Source: Marsupella aquatica
Lineage: Eukaryota > Plantae > Marchantiophyta
Direction of reading: 5' to 3'
NCBI GenBank assembly: GCA_973895155.1
Contig: OZ316895.1
Span: 2,095,659-2,159,658 of the forward strand
DNA: 64,000 bases
Every line of letters starts with the position of its first letter. Within the stretch, counting starts at the first letter, position 1. The translations under genes and the position numbers were made by a program. The notes beneath the pieces are model-generated. The model was not told the origin of the DNA. It saw only the letters and a list, made by a program, of their open reading frames with translations, and made no database searches. This document shows positions 1-12,842 of this stretch, piece after piece.

Positions 1-223
1 GAAAGGTAACTACTTCAATACAGCATTTTTCTGTTCAAACTTTCCATCTGTACCCTGATCTTGCTCAAAATTGTGATTTAGCTTATCGGTTTTGCAATGG
101 AACGTTTAATTCTTGTGTAGATTTAAAAATTGAGGTGCTTTATGTTAGCAAAGCGAGATATACTATGAAGAAACTGCTCCTTATTTGTGCTCCCAGACTG
201 CGACATAACCTGGCCATTGGCAG

Positions 224-676
224 GTTGTCCTTGCGAAAGGGGCATCAGTAAAGGTACTGGTAGCTCAGTGGGCACACACTATTGAAGGACAAAGTGAGTA
301 CCTGGAATATTTGGAGTTCATTGACGACCTGTGCAACTCATCTTCATATAACCGTTGCACGGGAAAGGTGGAGGTGAAACTGTATGAGGTTCCTAACTAT
401 AACTCCACAGGAGCAGCCATAGAGAATGGCAAGCCTACAGGAAACCAGTTTCCAGCTTATACAAGGGTAAATCATGCCAAGTTCGCTGTCAGTGACGTTA
501 GAGCTCACATTGGAACTAGCAACCTCATCTGGGACTACTTTTACAGCACAAATGGCGTGAGCTTTGGAACTTATGATTTAAGAATCGTGACACAGCTCAT
601 AGATGTGTTCGAAGCAGATTGGGAATCTCCATATGCAGTACCTCTAAAGTATTTTTCAGGAGCTATTGCAGCTTGA
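224..676 (+). CDS. Last exon of a PLD3/PLD-Z-like phospholipase D family gene (5' part lies outside the window)
   Basis: Acceptor cag at 221-223, then an open frame VVLAKGASVKVLVAQW...RVNHAKFAVSDVRAHIGTSNLIWDYF...DWESPYA. Contains the HxKxxxxD and IGTSN motifs. TGA at 674-676. Confidence 0.85.
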   Translation, partial: VVLAKGASVKVLVAQWAHTIEGQSEYLEYLEFIDDLCNSSSYNRCTGKVEVKLYEVPNYNSTGAAIENGKPTGNQFPAYTRVNHAKFAVSDVRAHIGTSNLIWDYFYSTNGVSFGTYDLRIVTQLIDVFEADWESPYAVPLKYFSGAIAA

Positions 677-1148
677 TAATTGTCATTGGAGACCAACCTG
701 CAAGTAGAACTTGCTACAGAGGTTAATAATGTTCGTTTTGTGCCCTGAGGGCATCTATACAATGCCCCTTTGCTACGTGTAAGATTCAACTCAGGTCCTG
801 GCTTTGATGCAAGGCATGGCCATGGGGCCAGACTGCAAAATTTAACTCCGAGACAGGTCGTTCTATCCTAAACAGTCTCTACGGAATTTGCTTCTCTTTG
901 CAAGCTTTTTTCTTTTTATGAACTTGAATAAAGTTGTTCTTTCAGTGGCTGTTCAAAAGTGTGCTGTCTCTAAGAATTCCAAAGGTTGGAATCATTTCAA
1001 ATGAATCATCTAATCCTATCATGGTAACAAGCTCTTTCTCTAAGATGTAGAGTGTGAATTAAGGTAGATAATTATGTAGCAGCTAGCCCAAATGTTTATG
1101 CGTTGCAAATTGTTGTTGTTGTCATGTTGTTGGTACAGTAATGTCTAT

Positions 1149-1383
1149 GCTTTGTACAGAAATCTTGAGTTGGGACAACAGAGTGCAGGTGTGGCAATGA
1201 AGTGTTATTTTTCCAGTCATGTCATCAGTGCACTCATGTTATTGTTGGAGAAGTGTATTTGTTTTGCTTTGTACAGAAATCTTGAGTTGGGACAACAGAG
1301 TGCAGGTGTGGCAATGAAGTGTTATTTTTCCAGTCATGTCATCAGTGCACTCATGTTATTGTTGGAGAAGTGTATTTGTTTTG
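1149..1383. repeat. Direct tandem duplication, 2 x 117 bp
   Basis: gctttgtacagaaatcttgag...gtatttgttttg starts at 1149 and again at 1266; no differences seen. Confidence 0.9.
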
Positions 1384-2021
1384 GTTGGGTGGTTGTCACG
1401 GAACTTACTGTCATTGTTTTGGTCAAGGTTGTTATAAAAATGATGTTGGGGAGGGAGGTTGGAGTGTATGACGGGCAATTGCCTGAGGCATCGCAGGGTC
1501 GAGGCGTGGTGCTACATGGAGGGATAATTGTTTTCTTATTTTTTTAGTCCCCTTTTTTTTCCTTCTTTTTCCCTTCCCGGCCGCCTTACCTTTCTCTCCT
1601 GCTGCTGCCTGCCCTTTGTCATGATTGTGGTACTTCTACATACACAAAATGAATTAAACCCCCTTATGTTTTGCACTAAATGACTTCCAGGCCAGCTTCC
1701 TCAAAACCAGTAGGAAAGAACCAATGGTTGGATACTAAGGGGTTCTATCTCACAAAATGTAAGGGTGGGAGAGAATTGCAAACCCCAAGATTCCTTCTAG
1801 AGTACTTGGACAATAGAGGGGTAAACAAGGGCCCCATTACATGCCAAATAGGACACCCAAATTAACATTAGACTGGCGCCATCATTTTGTAAAGCCAAAT
1901 GTTGTCAGCCCTCTATTATCAACCATTAGGATTGTTTCCATCACCTCCCAAAAAAAGGGGGAAATTGCTGCCTCTACGGTAGTGTGAATAAACCCAAAAA
2001 CATGGAACAAAGGCTCTACTA

Positions 2022-2405
2022 GGGGGTCTCAAACCTCAAAATTTGATGGACCTTACTTACTGTTTAAGGTTACTGATACAAGAAGTCATGTATTACCAAA
2101 TAGTCATGGACTACCAGATTCATGATCCATAACTATTTTCTGTCATAAACATTGGTCGTGTGCCATCACCATAACTCACTAGAGGCTCGTCTGAAAACAA
2201 TTAGAGAATTACACAATCATGTGACAAAGCTATGATCCATAACTCTTTTTTGCCACAAACATTCGTCATAGGTCATGACCATAACTCACTGTAGAGGCTA
2301 GTGGGAGAAAAACTAAAAAAACTTACACAATCATGTGACAAAGCTATGTCCAGTTGTTTATGGCCAAAAGCAATCATCCTGTATCTATGAAGCTTGGTGA
2401 CACCC
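2022..2405 (+). mobile_element. MITE-like dispersed repeat, copy 1 (with an internal ~110-bp duplication)
   Basis: Inverted ends gggggtctcaaacctc...gaagcttggtgacaccc, with tacta on both sides (2017-2021 and 2406-2410). Body resembles 8447-8665 (inverted) and 15030-15275. Internal repeat ~2124-2232 vs ~2233-2347. Confidence 0.55.
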
Positions 2406-3160
2406 TACTAGATCGTCTCAAAGTTGGGTCATTAGTGAAAGTTATGGATTTGTGGTATACCCCATAAGTCCGATTATGGGACCCAGTTATGGAACTTTTA
2501 AAATGGGGGCAGGTAGTATCTACACCTCCCATAAGGCAGGACTTACAGCCTCACCTATCTCATAGTCTAGTTTGTTTTTTCCTCCATTCTTGATCTGCCA
2601 TCATCCTCAAATGCAATAGCCATCACCACGTCACTCGCAAAGCCCACACGCCTTCAGTTGCGGCTTTCCACAGTTCCCGAGTCCTGTGTTTCCGGATTTC
2701 AGGATCTGCACCTAAAGTTGCGAGAAAGTTATGGGTTAAGTGTTGAGCCCGGGGACTTTGTTATGGTAGTTGAAGATTGGCTCTCGTAACTTTTATGGGA
2801 GTTCCTTCATACTCAAGTTGGGCTTGTCTTAAAGCCAGACTTTGAGACACCCTACTAGTAACACCTACTCGTGGAGTATGGAGTAGATTTGAAGCAAAAC
2901 ATGGAAAGCATATAACGAGGAGAGTCAGAGAACGTACCTCAGTCCATGACTGTGCCTTTTTCCGTAGTCTCGTCATCGTCACGAAGCGCCGTTCCACTCT
3001 GCGTGAGTCGACGTTCGCACATCGCAAGAGATCGAAATTCGTCCGTGATTCGTAGACAAATTGGTGCCCAGGTTTACAGTCGTATTCGAAGCAGAAGAGC
3101 GTTGAATGCGTCTGAATCGACCGATCGATTGATCGATATCTGCGACAGCGAAGGAGAACG

Positions 3161-4995
3161 ATGGGCAAAGTTACATTGATCAATGTTGCCGTGCTGCTGT
3201 TATGCAGTGTGGGGCTTGTGTCGGGGGCGGCACCTGACTGTTCGGTGCCAATCTTAACGCTGGCTCAATGTTATCCATTCCTCACCGGAAACGCGACCAG
3301 TCCACCGGCAACCTGCTGCAGTCAGCTCGCCACTGTTGCCGCTAATGAGCCCGTTTGCCTCTGCGAAGTGATTGGTTATGGGAACGTCACCTTACCTTTT
3401 CAACTTAACTTGACCCGCGCTCTTGAGCTGCCTAGCTTATGCCACGTATCCGCCTCTCCGTCCCAGTGTGCTGGTAATTAACCACTGACCTGTCCGATAA
3501 ATCTCGTGCAAATGGCTTGCGTTGCTTTGAATTTGAGTATTCGAGTAAATTGTTGGTTCACTTCTTTCAAGTTGTTCATCGTTCTCACTAAAGCAAATAA
3601 TCAGTGACATTCGATCCACTGGCAAGCAGAATTTCTCGAGCTAACCTTAGGTTCTCTTCGTAGTCAAGTTCTTCGTCGAGTCACAAATGCATGTAATCAG
3701 TTAATTCGATGTACTGGCGAGAAGAATTTCTCGAGTAGATTGTAGGTTCTCTTCTGAGTTGCAAGTTCGTCATCGTGTTCTACTGGCGAGCAGAATCTCT
3801 CGAGTAAACTGTAGGTTCTCTTCTTAGTTTCAAGTTCTGCGTCGTGATCTACTGGCGAGTAGAACTTCTCGAGTGAACGGTAGGTTCTCTTCTTAGTTTC
3901 AAGTTCTTCATGGTGATCTACTGGCGAACAGAATTTTTCGAGTAAACTGTCGTTTCTCTTCTGAGTTTCAAGCTCTTCATCGTGATCTACTGGCGAGTAG
4001 GATTTCTCGAGTAAACTGTGGATTCTCTTCTTGGTTTCAATTTCTTTCATCGTGATGCTCTTAAAAGCAAGTAATCGGTGAAATTGGATCCGCTGGTTAG
4101 CAGCAATTTTCTGAGTTCTGCGTTTCTTTTAGTGAACATCTGAGGTTTGTGATCTATCTCATTCAAAACCGCAGTGGATGAATAGCATTGTTGGATGAAT
4201 CCGAGAAGTGTAACTTACTTTAGTCTCGCGCTCATCTTGAGAAAATCTTGTTTTATCAGAATGCGCATGCTTTCTCCAAGGTTATCTCGTCGATATCCTA
4301 ACATATCTTTGGCTTTGTAATTGTCTTGCGGCACATGCACTAATTTGCGTCTCGTGCATATGCAGCATTGTTCAGTGGTTCTCCAGCCGGGGCTCCATCT
4401 TCAACCTCGCCGATTCCAGGTAGTCACTCTTTCCTTTAGTCAAATGTTCTCGTTTGTGGATTCCTTATTTCATGAAAGCCGGACGGCTGCCGTCCAGAAT
4501 AGGGAATATCGATGGTTGCAGCTGGTCCGGTTCGTCTTTAGTGCAGAGTCGTTATTGAAATCGACGCGTTCGTTCGTTTTGCTAGAAGTTCTTGAATAAT
4601 TTTGTTGCCTGAGTTTTCTATTCATAATTTCACGAAAGAAGGCTGATGTCCTAAATAAGGAACGTCAATAGTTGCAGCGGGTCCAGTTCATCTCTAGTGC
4701 AAAGTCGTTAATGAAATCGACGCGTTTTTTCGTTTCCTGAAAACTCTTGAGTAATTGTTGTCAAAGCCCTGGAGAGGAGAGTTGGCCGGGAAGCTTCTAG
4801 CAGTAGTTCAATATTGCGACAATTCTGACTCGTCATGCCTCGCACGACCGGCTACGCCTTTGCCTAACTGCAGGGGTGCCTGGTGGTCCTCCCCAAAATG
4901 GCGCCTCCAGAAAGATTCCTGGCACGATTTTAAGCATTGTGCAATTTGCAGCTGTACCAGCTGTAGCGTCGCTGCTACTACGTTTTTACTACTAG
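3161..4995 (+). CDS. GPI-anchored non-specific lipid transfer protein (LTPG type), 3 exons
   Basis: Exons 3161-3473, 4366-4419, 4874-4995 (GT-AG, phase-consistent). Signal peptide, eight-Cys motif C-C-CC-CxC-C-C, Pro/Ser-rich linker, putative omega site NGA and hydrophobic C-terminus. AATAAA near 5194. Confidence 0.88.
3612..4055. repeat. Intronic minisatellite, ~63-bp unit, about 6 copies
   Basis: Recurring gatctactggcgag...ttctcgagtaaactgtaggttctcttc...tttcaagttct. It produces the repetitive spurious minus-strand ORF 3697..4050. Confidence 0.85.
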
Positions 4996-6573
4996 CCAGC
5001 ACAGTACAACGACAGATCAATGCTACGAACTTTAGATGAAGTAAAGATTAATCAATCAAATTCCGTTGAAATTATTCGTAGTGTAGCCCTTTATTCCTTT
5101 CTTTGGGCCTCAGGCTTGGAGGTGAGTGCCCCAGATATGGCAACGACTCCCTTGGCGGCATTAGTAGAGTAGCCTCGCGCATGTGCCGGCGTCAATAAAA
5201 ATTTCATAATTCCTATGTCAGTGTCACTTTGTGTCCGTCGTAGTCCGAAAATAATTCTGGTCTTAGCCACGCCACGTCGAACATTGACTTTTGACTCCTG
5301 ACCAAGTCACATGGATCGCAAAGCGTCAATAAAGAATTGTTACAATTCCTATGTAAATGCATCCGCACTTCTTGTCCCTCGAGGTCGAACATTCGCTTCG
5401 TCCAAAAAGAGTCGGGATGAAGTCGAGCTAATTCTGGTTCATTGCTGGAGAACTTGTCCAACCTGGCTCTGGACGAGGTCGCCCAAGGCAAACACTTTTC
5501 AGTAAATTAAAAGCAGAGTTTCATGGAGGATTGTGCACGCTGGAATTTGCAATTTGACCTCGAACAAGCACATCTACGAGAAATTGCAAATTCAATGACC
5601 AAGTGGGAGAGAGACAGCTTGCACGAACCGTCCCCCCTAGAAGGAAGGAGTTTCTCGATCCTGTTGCCCACAAGGTGGGACCGAGGCCCAAGATATGTCT
5701 GCGCCAAAATAACATAGCTTGCAGCACATCTGGAGCAGAATGCACAGTACAATGCACTGTCCAGGCTGGACTAGAGAAATTTGATTTCTTCTTGTCTCTT
5801 GATAGAAAAAGTAAACTTCAATTTCCATGAAACATGAGCTTCGCTTCAAGTGTGAAAACGAGAAAAAACAGTGTTACAAATAGTAAGAGTGAGAAAACAC
5901 GTTCGGAGATCAATCTTCCTGGTTCGTGCCAAATGTCTCTCCTTCGTGACAGATCCAACGAATGTTTGCTTTACTGAAACTTTCATAGCCTGCTGGTTGG
6001 AAACATAACCGCAGTGCAGGCCATTTGAGAAGTACCACTGAACCAGTAAATGAGAATACTAAGTTGCTAGTGTTTATAATAAAGCCCCCTCGTGGTATAG
6101 GCCCAAGGTAAGACCAGAACATTACTTCAAATAACTTCGGTGCAAAATAGAAACGAAAAATCCGGGGAGGGGTTTAAATCTCCTATACTGTCATGTCGAA
6201 GCAATTGAGTATATTCCATGGGAAAAACTGTATAGTGTAGTCCCGATATGAACAATCAAGCAATTATGGAGATATACATGAATCTCATCAAAGCTAACTT
6301 TCAGATGAGAGAGGCAGCTGCAGTTGGTACAACCCCTGTGACAACCCCTGGATTTGAAAGATGTAGAAGTGTGAAAACACCAGAAGTCGATTACCTACAC
6401 TAAACGTAAAAGGAAACCTTCCAATGCAATCCCTATACCCAACAAGAAAAAGAGACAGATACACGTCAAATGTTTGAGCCAACTGAATATCTCTTTGACT
6501 GTAAGGTCATTACTGTTGGGGAAAGGAGAGTAAGCAATCCCTTGTTTCTTCTCGTCATCCTCTGGGTCACTGC

Positions 6574-7549
6574 TCACTCAAGAGGAGGAGCCACACTTGG
6601 TTCAGGAAAGTCTTGGAAGCTATCCGAATCAAATGAAGCGCCCGCCTCCACCTGGTTCTCCAGTGCTTCCTTAAATACATCAGTCTCCCTTATGTCAACT
6701 GCCCCAGAATTGTAACTTGTGACTGCTACTCCACAAGCCCCCAGCTGCATCACAACAAGAAACGCTGTACTCAACGCATTGCCATAGCTCAACCTACCTC
6801 GTCAACAAAGGCAGAACAAGAGCAAAACAGATTCTCAAAGAGAACCACGAGCTCAGTCCTGGTGTCACTAGTAGACATTCACTACTCAATTGACACCCAT
6901 CCACACGCAGGAATTTTCATCCCTACATTTTGGACGGAAACTGAGCAAACTGAGCAAAGAGCGTTACAAGACTTGAGACAAGAAGAGAAAAGAGAAAACG
7001 TGCCAAGCTGAGCACTTAAACCCTAGTAATGGAGCGAGCCCAGAAACCCTGTTGCTCAAAACGACGAGAGCGAGAGAGAGGGAGGGGGCCTCAAACACAA
7101 AAACAAAAACACCATACCGCTACGATCACGCCGATGGCCCACAAGTACTGAACGATGAAACCGAAAACCTCCCACTGCTCGCCTTCCCAAAAATCAGGCT
7201 CCAGTCCCTCCAGCTTCTTTCCCATCCACATGTCCTCGGGTTCTGAATTCTCAGGAATCTTGACCTCCTCCTCAGCTTGTGCGAGTGCTCCATCCCTACC
7301 CTTCCCAGGCCTCCGTGCGCCCACAATTTGCTGCAATCTCCTCCCAGGCGCTGAACCCTTCGGTGCCACGAAGATGGCTCCCGAACGTCTTGAAGACCAC
7401 CTGCTGCTGCTAACCAGGCCTGATTGTGATTTCATATCCAAGCATGTTGCGGCTGCTGGAACGGAGGAGGAGCTCGACGTGTAGCCCGAGCTCGAGCTCC
7501 TGTCATGGGCCAGCAGCAGCGAGAGCTGGGAGCTGAACGCGGCAGCCAT
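6574..7549 (-). CDS. Predicted plastid-targeted membrane protein (~200 aa, 2 exons); from memory resembles the Arabidopsis AT3G51510-like family
   Basis: Exons 7549-7118 and 6744-6574. Ser/Arg-rich transit-peptide-like N-terminus, then DFWEGEQWEVFGFIVQYLWAIGVIVA|LGACGVAVTSYNSGAVDIRET and an acidic tail ending APPLE*. Confidence 0.75.
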
Positions 7550-8446
7550 GGCGAATTTCCTTCAGAGAGCGAGCGAAAGGAGAGGGGTCGGGACATGATT
7601 TTGATAAGGTCCTGAACTTCTACTGTATTCTTTTCGACGAAGGCAAAAACTGAGGAATCATTTCTCAAGGGAAAAAGGTCAGAATTCCATGAAAGGGAAA
7701 TTTATTTGTTATGTGGTCCCTTGTACCGAATATAGGGCCCCTATCTGCCGATCATATATACCAGGCCCGTGACCAAAGAGAGGTCACAATAGGCTGAAAT
7801 TCAATGAGCAAATATTCAATGAGCAAATATTCAATGAGCAAATACTACATTTAGTTCACTTATGTGAGAGTTTTATTGGTAATGGATGAGAATTAGACTC
7901 AATTTGAAAACAATGTTGTAAGTGCTTAAATCCCATCCTTCTCCCAAGAAAAAATAATAATCCCCACCCTTCTCCCAACTAAAAAGTAAGAAGAGAAATA
8001 AATGACATCAACATAGAATAGAAGGAACAAACAAAGAAAAAAAACAAAAGAATGAAACAAACACAAAAGACAAATGTAATAGATTTTTCCTTCATCTCTT
8101 TCCTATTCTTACTGAAGTCATTATGGTCTTGTTTCAATACTAGTATGTATAAAATACATGCATCATGAATAAGTTTGTTGACTCTTTAGAACAAGTGAAA
8201 CAGTATTGCAGTCCAATATTAACAAGTGAAACAATATTGCAGTCCAATATTGCAGACCATCGTATTGCAGACCATCATATTGTAAACAAAAGTATCTTGG
8301 GGGACTTTTTTGGTCCCCCGTCACATAGCTGAACATAGTTCAACCAATAATCTGAGGGTTAATAATATTTTAGATTTATGGGCTAACATTCATTAATTAA
8401 CCAGGCCCCCTGACCAACCTACTGGAACAATAAGGTTGTGACAATA

Positions 8447-8665
8447 GGGCTTCTCAAAGCTTCTAAATTAAGGGATTGGTCATAACTTTTCACAAGGTTT
8501 TGTAAAAGTTTTTTGTAAGTTTTTTTTCAACTAGCCTCTATAGTGACTAATGGTAAAATAATGACAAAAAGTTATGGACTATGAATATGGTAGTCTGTAA
8601 CTTTTTGTGTCCTTAACCTGTAACTATGAAGTTAAGGTAGATCAAAATCTGAGCTTTGAGACACC
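8447..8665 (-). mobile_element. MITE-like dispersed repeat, copy 2
   Basis: Inverted ends gggcttctcaaagctt...gagctttgagacacc. The reverse complement resembles 2022-2360 (gactacca..ttcat, ccataact, tagaggctag). Confidence 0.5.
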
Positions 8666-11079
8666 ATTATTCTCATATAAATGAAAATCTCAATCTAGGA
8701 AAACCAAGTCTATGGAAAGGAATTCTGGAGAGCCTTTGATTTTTAGTTTGGATTTTATTTTCATTTTTTAAAAAGGGAAATCTGTACAACCGAACAGCAA
8801 GTAACAACATTTGAACCTCATTGGTCTTCCCATGAAATGAAGGGGTGCTGGTCAGAAGTTTGCCCTGAGATGGGCAAAAGGAAGTGGATCCAGAATTCAT
8901 GGGCACCAAGCACTAGGCACCAAGCTTCAAAGCAAAGAGCTACAAGATTCTAAGCTGCTAGAGAACCTAGAGTAAACAAGGAGGGTGACCGGGGTTACAA
9001 CGCAAAGGAACCTACACTAGGGAGAGATGTATGTGCAAATGGTGTGGACTCAGATATATATCACAGTGCCAAAGAAAGAAAAGAACAAAAAGACTGGGAG
9101 ACAGGATCCCATATGCAAACGACCCAATAAAGGGAGGAGGGGGGGAGGAGCAGGGAAAGACCCCAAGTCCTACAAAGCCTACAAATAAACAGAGAGGTTC
9201 CATCAATAAACCCTCTTGTTAATTTATTAACGGCTGAACTTTAGTTCCATACTGTCATCCAGCCCCAGAACCTATGAACTCTAGATATTAGATAGTCTAT
9301 TTGTAACCACATAACTTTAGTTAAAAGGAAGACATAGTATGTACTGTACTTCCCGTTCTTAAATAGCCACTAGCCATGACAAAACTACACCAGATTTCAC
9401 CATTTTTATTACTTTTTACTGAAATTGTGGAGCAAAGTCTCATGGGAGAGGAGAAGAATGTGAAAAAGGAGAAGCCTTGGATATTTCTATCTTGAATATG
9501 GCCAGTGGTGGCAGTGGAGAAGAATGTGAAAAAGAGTGGAGAAGAATGTGAAAAAGAGAGAAGCCTTGGACACTTCTCCTTTTATATGGCCAGTGGTGGT
9601 TTAAAGTTAGAGCACCGTGACTCTTATGGGTTTTTTGCAAAGTCACTTTCTTTGATAGAGCAGCTAATGTGTATGGAGTTCTGGCAATTGTAAGGTTTTC
9701 GTGAGTAAATATTGTTGAACTACCACCATCGTCAAGCTAAAGCAGCTGGCCGATCCACAAATCCAAGACTCAGTTTTGGTTGAAACCGCGTAAAAGACTC
9801 GAGCCAATTCAAAATTCAGACACGGGAGGATCCCTGAATCCAGTTAAGGAGTTCAAGAATTCAACCACCAACTGTAAATAATAATGCACTCGTCGAAAAC
9901 ATCAGTACTTTTCAGTCTTCGTACATCTTGTTATGTCTATCTATCTAGACTGCACTTAACACAACCAGGTCGACACTACTCCGGCAAGAGACAGAGAAGT
10001 TCCCATTACTCAGCACATTTCTTACCTGCGAGAGACACAAAACATTGTAGGGTCCCAGAGCTCCCAAAGTTATGGTCTGGACATCCCTTAACAAGTAGCA
10101 AAGCTTATCATTGTGAACGTTCTCAATAAGAGTTTAAGACGAGCCTGGCCTCTGTACTTCTAGCCTGCATATCTTTATACTCCCAAGGCAACTCAAATTC
10201 TATACACTTATCAAGTTCCAGAAAATGAGTAGGACACAGGAAAGATATATCTACCAAAAGGTTCCGATTGTAAGCTGTCTTGCCCTTTAATGTAAACAAC
10301 ATACTAATGACAGACCATTATTTCCAGTCTACCTGTGGAGCTGCAAGAAAATGCAAACACCGGAGCGAAGCATTGATTTAAACGGATTTAAACGGTTGTT
10401 AACTCTAAGTTAACAACCTGAAACCAAAACGGTATTTACCGTCCTACATTATACTTGAGGACCTACTTTACTTCAAGTGCAGCTTGACCAAAACGTACAA
10501 ACGAGCTGCATCCAAGCATGTACGTACACCAGACAGTTATAATTTGGACTGGATGCCACTAAGTACTTTACAGCAGCATTATGAGATATCATTGAAAGCC
10601 CTTCAATACACTCACACACCAACAGAGAAGTAATACATATGATCGACAACCAACCCAAAAATGCTACCCAAATTCGTAGCTGTTTGGCAGAAGCCAGAAA
10701 TGTAGAGGGACACGACTCACAGCGATGTGTTTTCCGGAGCAAATTAAGATTGAATAGCACTTTCTGTTGACAAGTTCACTCAGAGGTTGGCAACATTGCA
10801 ATATTTGCTACACATTGAATTGCCAGAGTAGCAAGCCAAACTTCGCAACCTCGTCCTGCTATCGTCTGCAATTCCCCTATCTGAGCAGCGACGGAGCTCA
10901 TTATTTGCTCTCACGTCGAAGAGCCAAACAGCCTCATGTATAATCACAAATGGTTAGAACTTGGTGAAGATTCCACTCTATGTAAGAACCCAAAGCAACG
11001 CCTCTGTGCAGGACCAACACCTTGCTGGAGCCGTTGTGCAAAATTCTTCAAGCTGTAACTATATACTAAGTACCTTCAA

Positions 11080-12651
11080 TTATTCCTCTTCTGCAGGTTC
11101 CGCTTTCGAGCCCAAATTTGGAATGTCCTCGTAGCGTTTCTGAAATCAGTCCCATAGCCCTCTTGGTGTTAAAAATAATGCAAGTTCACAGAGTAGCTTG
11201 AGATCTCATGGATTACTAGTTATCTCCAAACTCCCAGTTGTAGCAAGACAAGATAACACCTACAGAGGGACTCTCGCAATTTTCATGTACATTCTTGGAG
11301 CTGCCAAAAGAAACGGGCCGAAACAGAAAATCCTAAAGCAGATAACCTTTAGGTTTAGGCTTTTCAGGAAAACTCAGATTTAAAATTCAAGACTCCTTCA
11401 TGGAAAGAAAAGAACTTCTCCAGCTTAATTACGAAAAAGAGACTCATCGCCACAAGCTCCTGCGGTTATACTGAAAGCTTAGGTGAGTATAGACGTACCC
11501 CAACATTATTTGCCTCCCAAATTTTGTTGATACCGTAGTCCACGACCTGACCAAGCGAAGTAGACAGTAAGGGATACGTTAGTTACTGAGCCTGCCTAAA
11601 CACATTTCAAAATCCATACTTCCGGAACCCTCTTAGATCATGTGCTTATCATTGTTCACAGGGTGACTGATCAAAGATATTCCCTCCCAGGCCCTGGTGT
11701 CTAGATCCGTTTCTCATCACCTCTAAACGCGCCAAGAATTAACAAAGATCCCGCTAAAGCATAAGGTATGAGAGATTCCTGGCCACAGAGTGGTGAGTGA
11801 ATGTATCTGCATGAAAGGCCATTTTCTAGGACAAACGATGATTTCAGGACCATCACAGTTGCATGGTGGTCACGTGTAATCGTTGCACTGAGAAAAGCTT
11901 GCACGAATGGGTCTTAAAAAACTATTCGGCGGGAATCTTTACACTAGTCTGGATTGGTTCTCATGAAGACCACGGTTGGAGCAGGGAAGGAGCAGATAAG
12001 TTCATTCCTGAGCATTCCTGAGCATGGGCAGCTTTCCGGCCAAATTATACAGAAGCGCAGCGGAACCGATTGTGTGACCTGGATAGGTTATCATGACTCG
12101 TACTAGCAATCCGCAGAGTAAATGGCAGTTCCAGAGGTCGAAAATAAGCACAGAGTGCAACAGAGTGGCAAGAGCGACCATAACGTACTCCCAACAGTGT
12201 AAAACTTTAGGGTTTCGATACGTGGAGGTTAATCGGATCGGATAGCAAGGAACATTCGATCAGAATGAACATTCGGTGGTTGTTTGCAACAAATCACAAG
12301 ACTTAATCGAATGTCGCAGGATTCTGTTCCCGGGTCGAGGTTCTTTCCCAAAGGTTCCCTACTTTCAATGCATTTTACAACTCCTCTACTGGGCCCAAAT
12401 TGCCATTACGGGTGCGCATCCCCTTCCGCGGACATACTCCGGAAGATTAACTCGAAAAACAAGGAGGCGAGAACGCAAGAAGCGAGAGAGGTGGGACAGC
12501 ATCGGTTGATCGAAACATTCATTACCCGCTCGCCAACGATGGCCCCGGTGAAGATAAAGGTGACATAAACGGAATTGCGACGCATGAGCAAGCGGTAAGC
12601 ATTCTCCATGAACCCACCCCGAGCTCCACCGACTCTCCCAGCGGTCGACAT
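11080..12651 (-). CDS. QCR9: Cytochrome b-c1 complex subunit 9 (77 aa, 3 exons)
   Basis: Exons 12651-12526, 11546-11499, 11139-11080 give MSTAG...AYRLLMRRNSVYVTFIFTGAIVGER|VVDYGINKIWEANNVG|KRYEDIPNLGSKAEPAEEE*, the typical plant QCR9/UQCR10 motifs. Confidence 0.93.
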
Positions 12652-12842
12652 GATGCCTTCGGTGAGTAGATTGCGCTCTGCCCCTGCCCTTTGCGTTGAT
12701 TTGGTTTGCTCGTCGACACGGCTACGATGCTTTGCTGCTCCTCCGACGCAGAGCTCGCTCTCAGCTTTGATGGCAGGAGGCGAGAAAGGGCAAACGACGG
12801 AGAGAAGGCGAACCTCGCAACTACTGTACAGTAGAATGACAA

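Noticed and set aside
1092-1547. 151-aa ORF with an internal repeat
   Set aside because: Explained by the 117-bp duplication in T/G-rich sequence; no recognisable protein.
3697-4050. 117-aa repetitive minus-strand ORF
   Set aside because: It lies within the LTPG intron minisatellite, whose unit length is a multiple of 3; no other coding evidence.
5213-5850. Cluster of short ORFs between two convergent genes
   Set aside because: No recognisable domain or consistent splice structure; a decayed fragment cannot be excluded.
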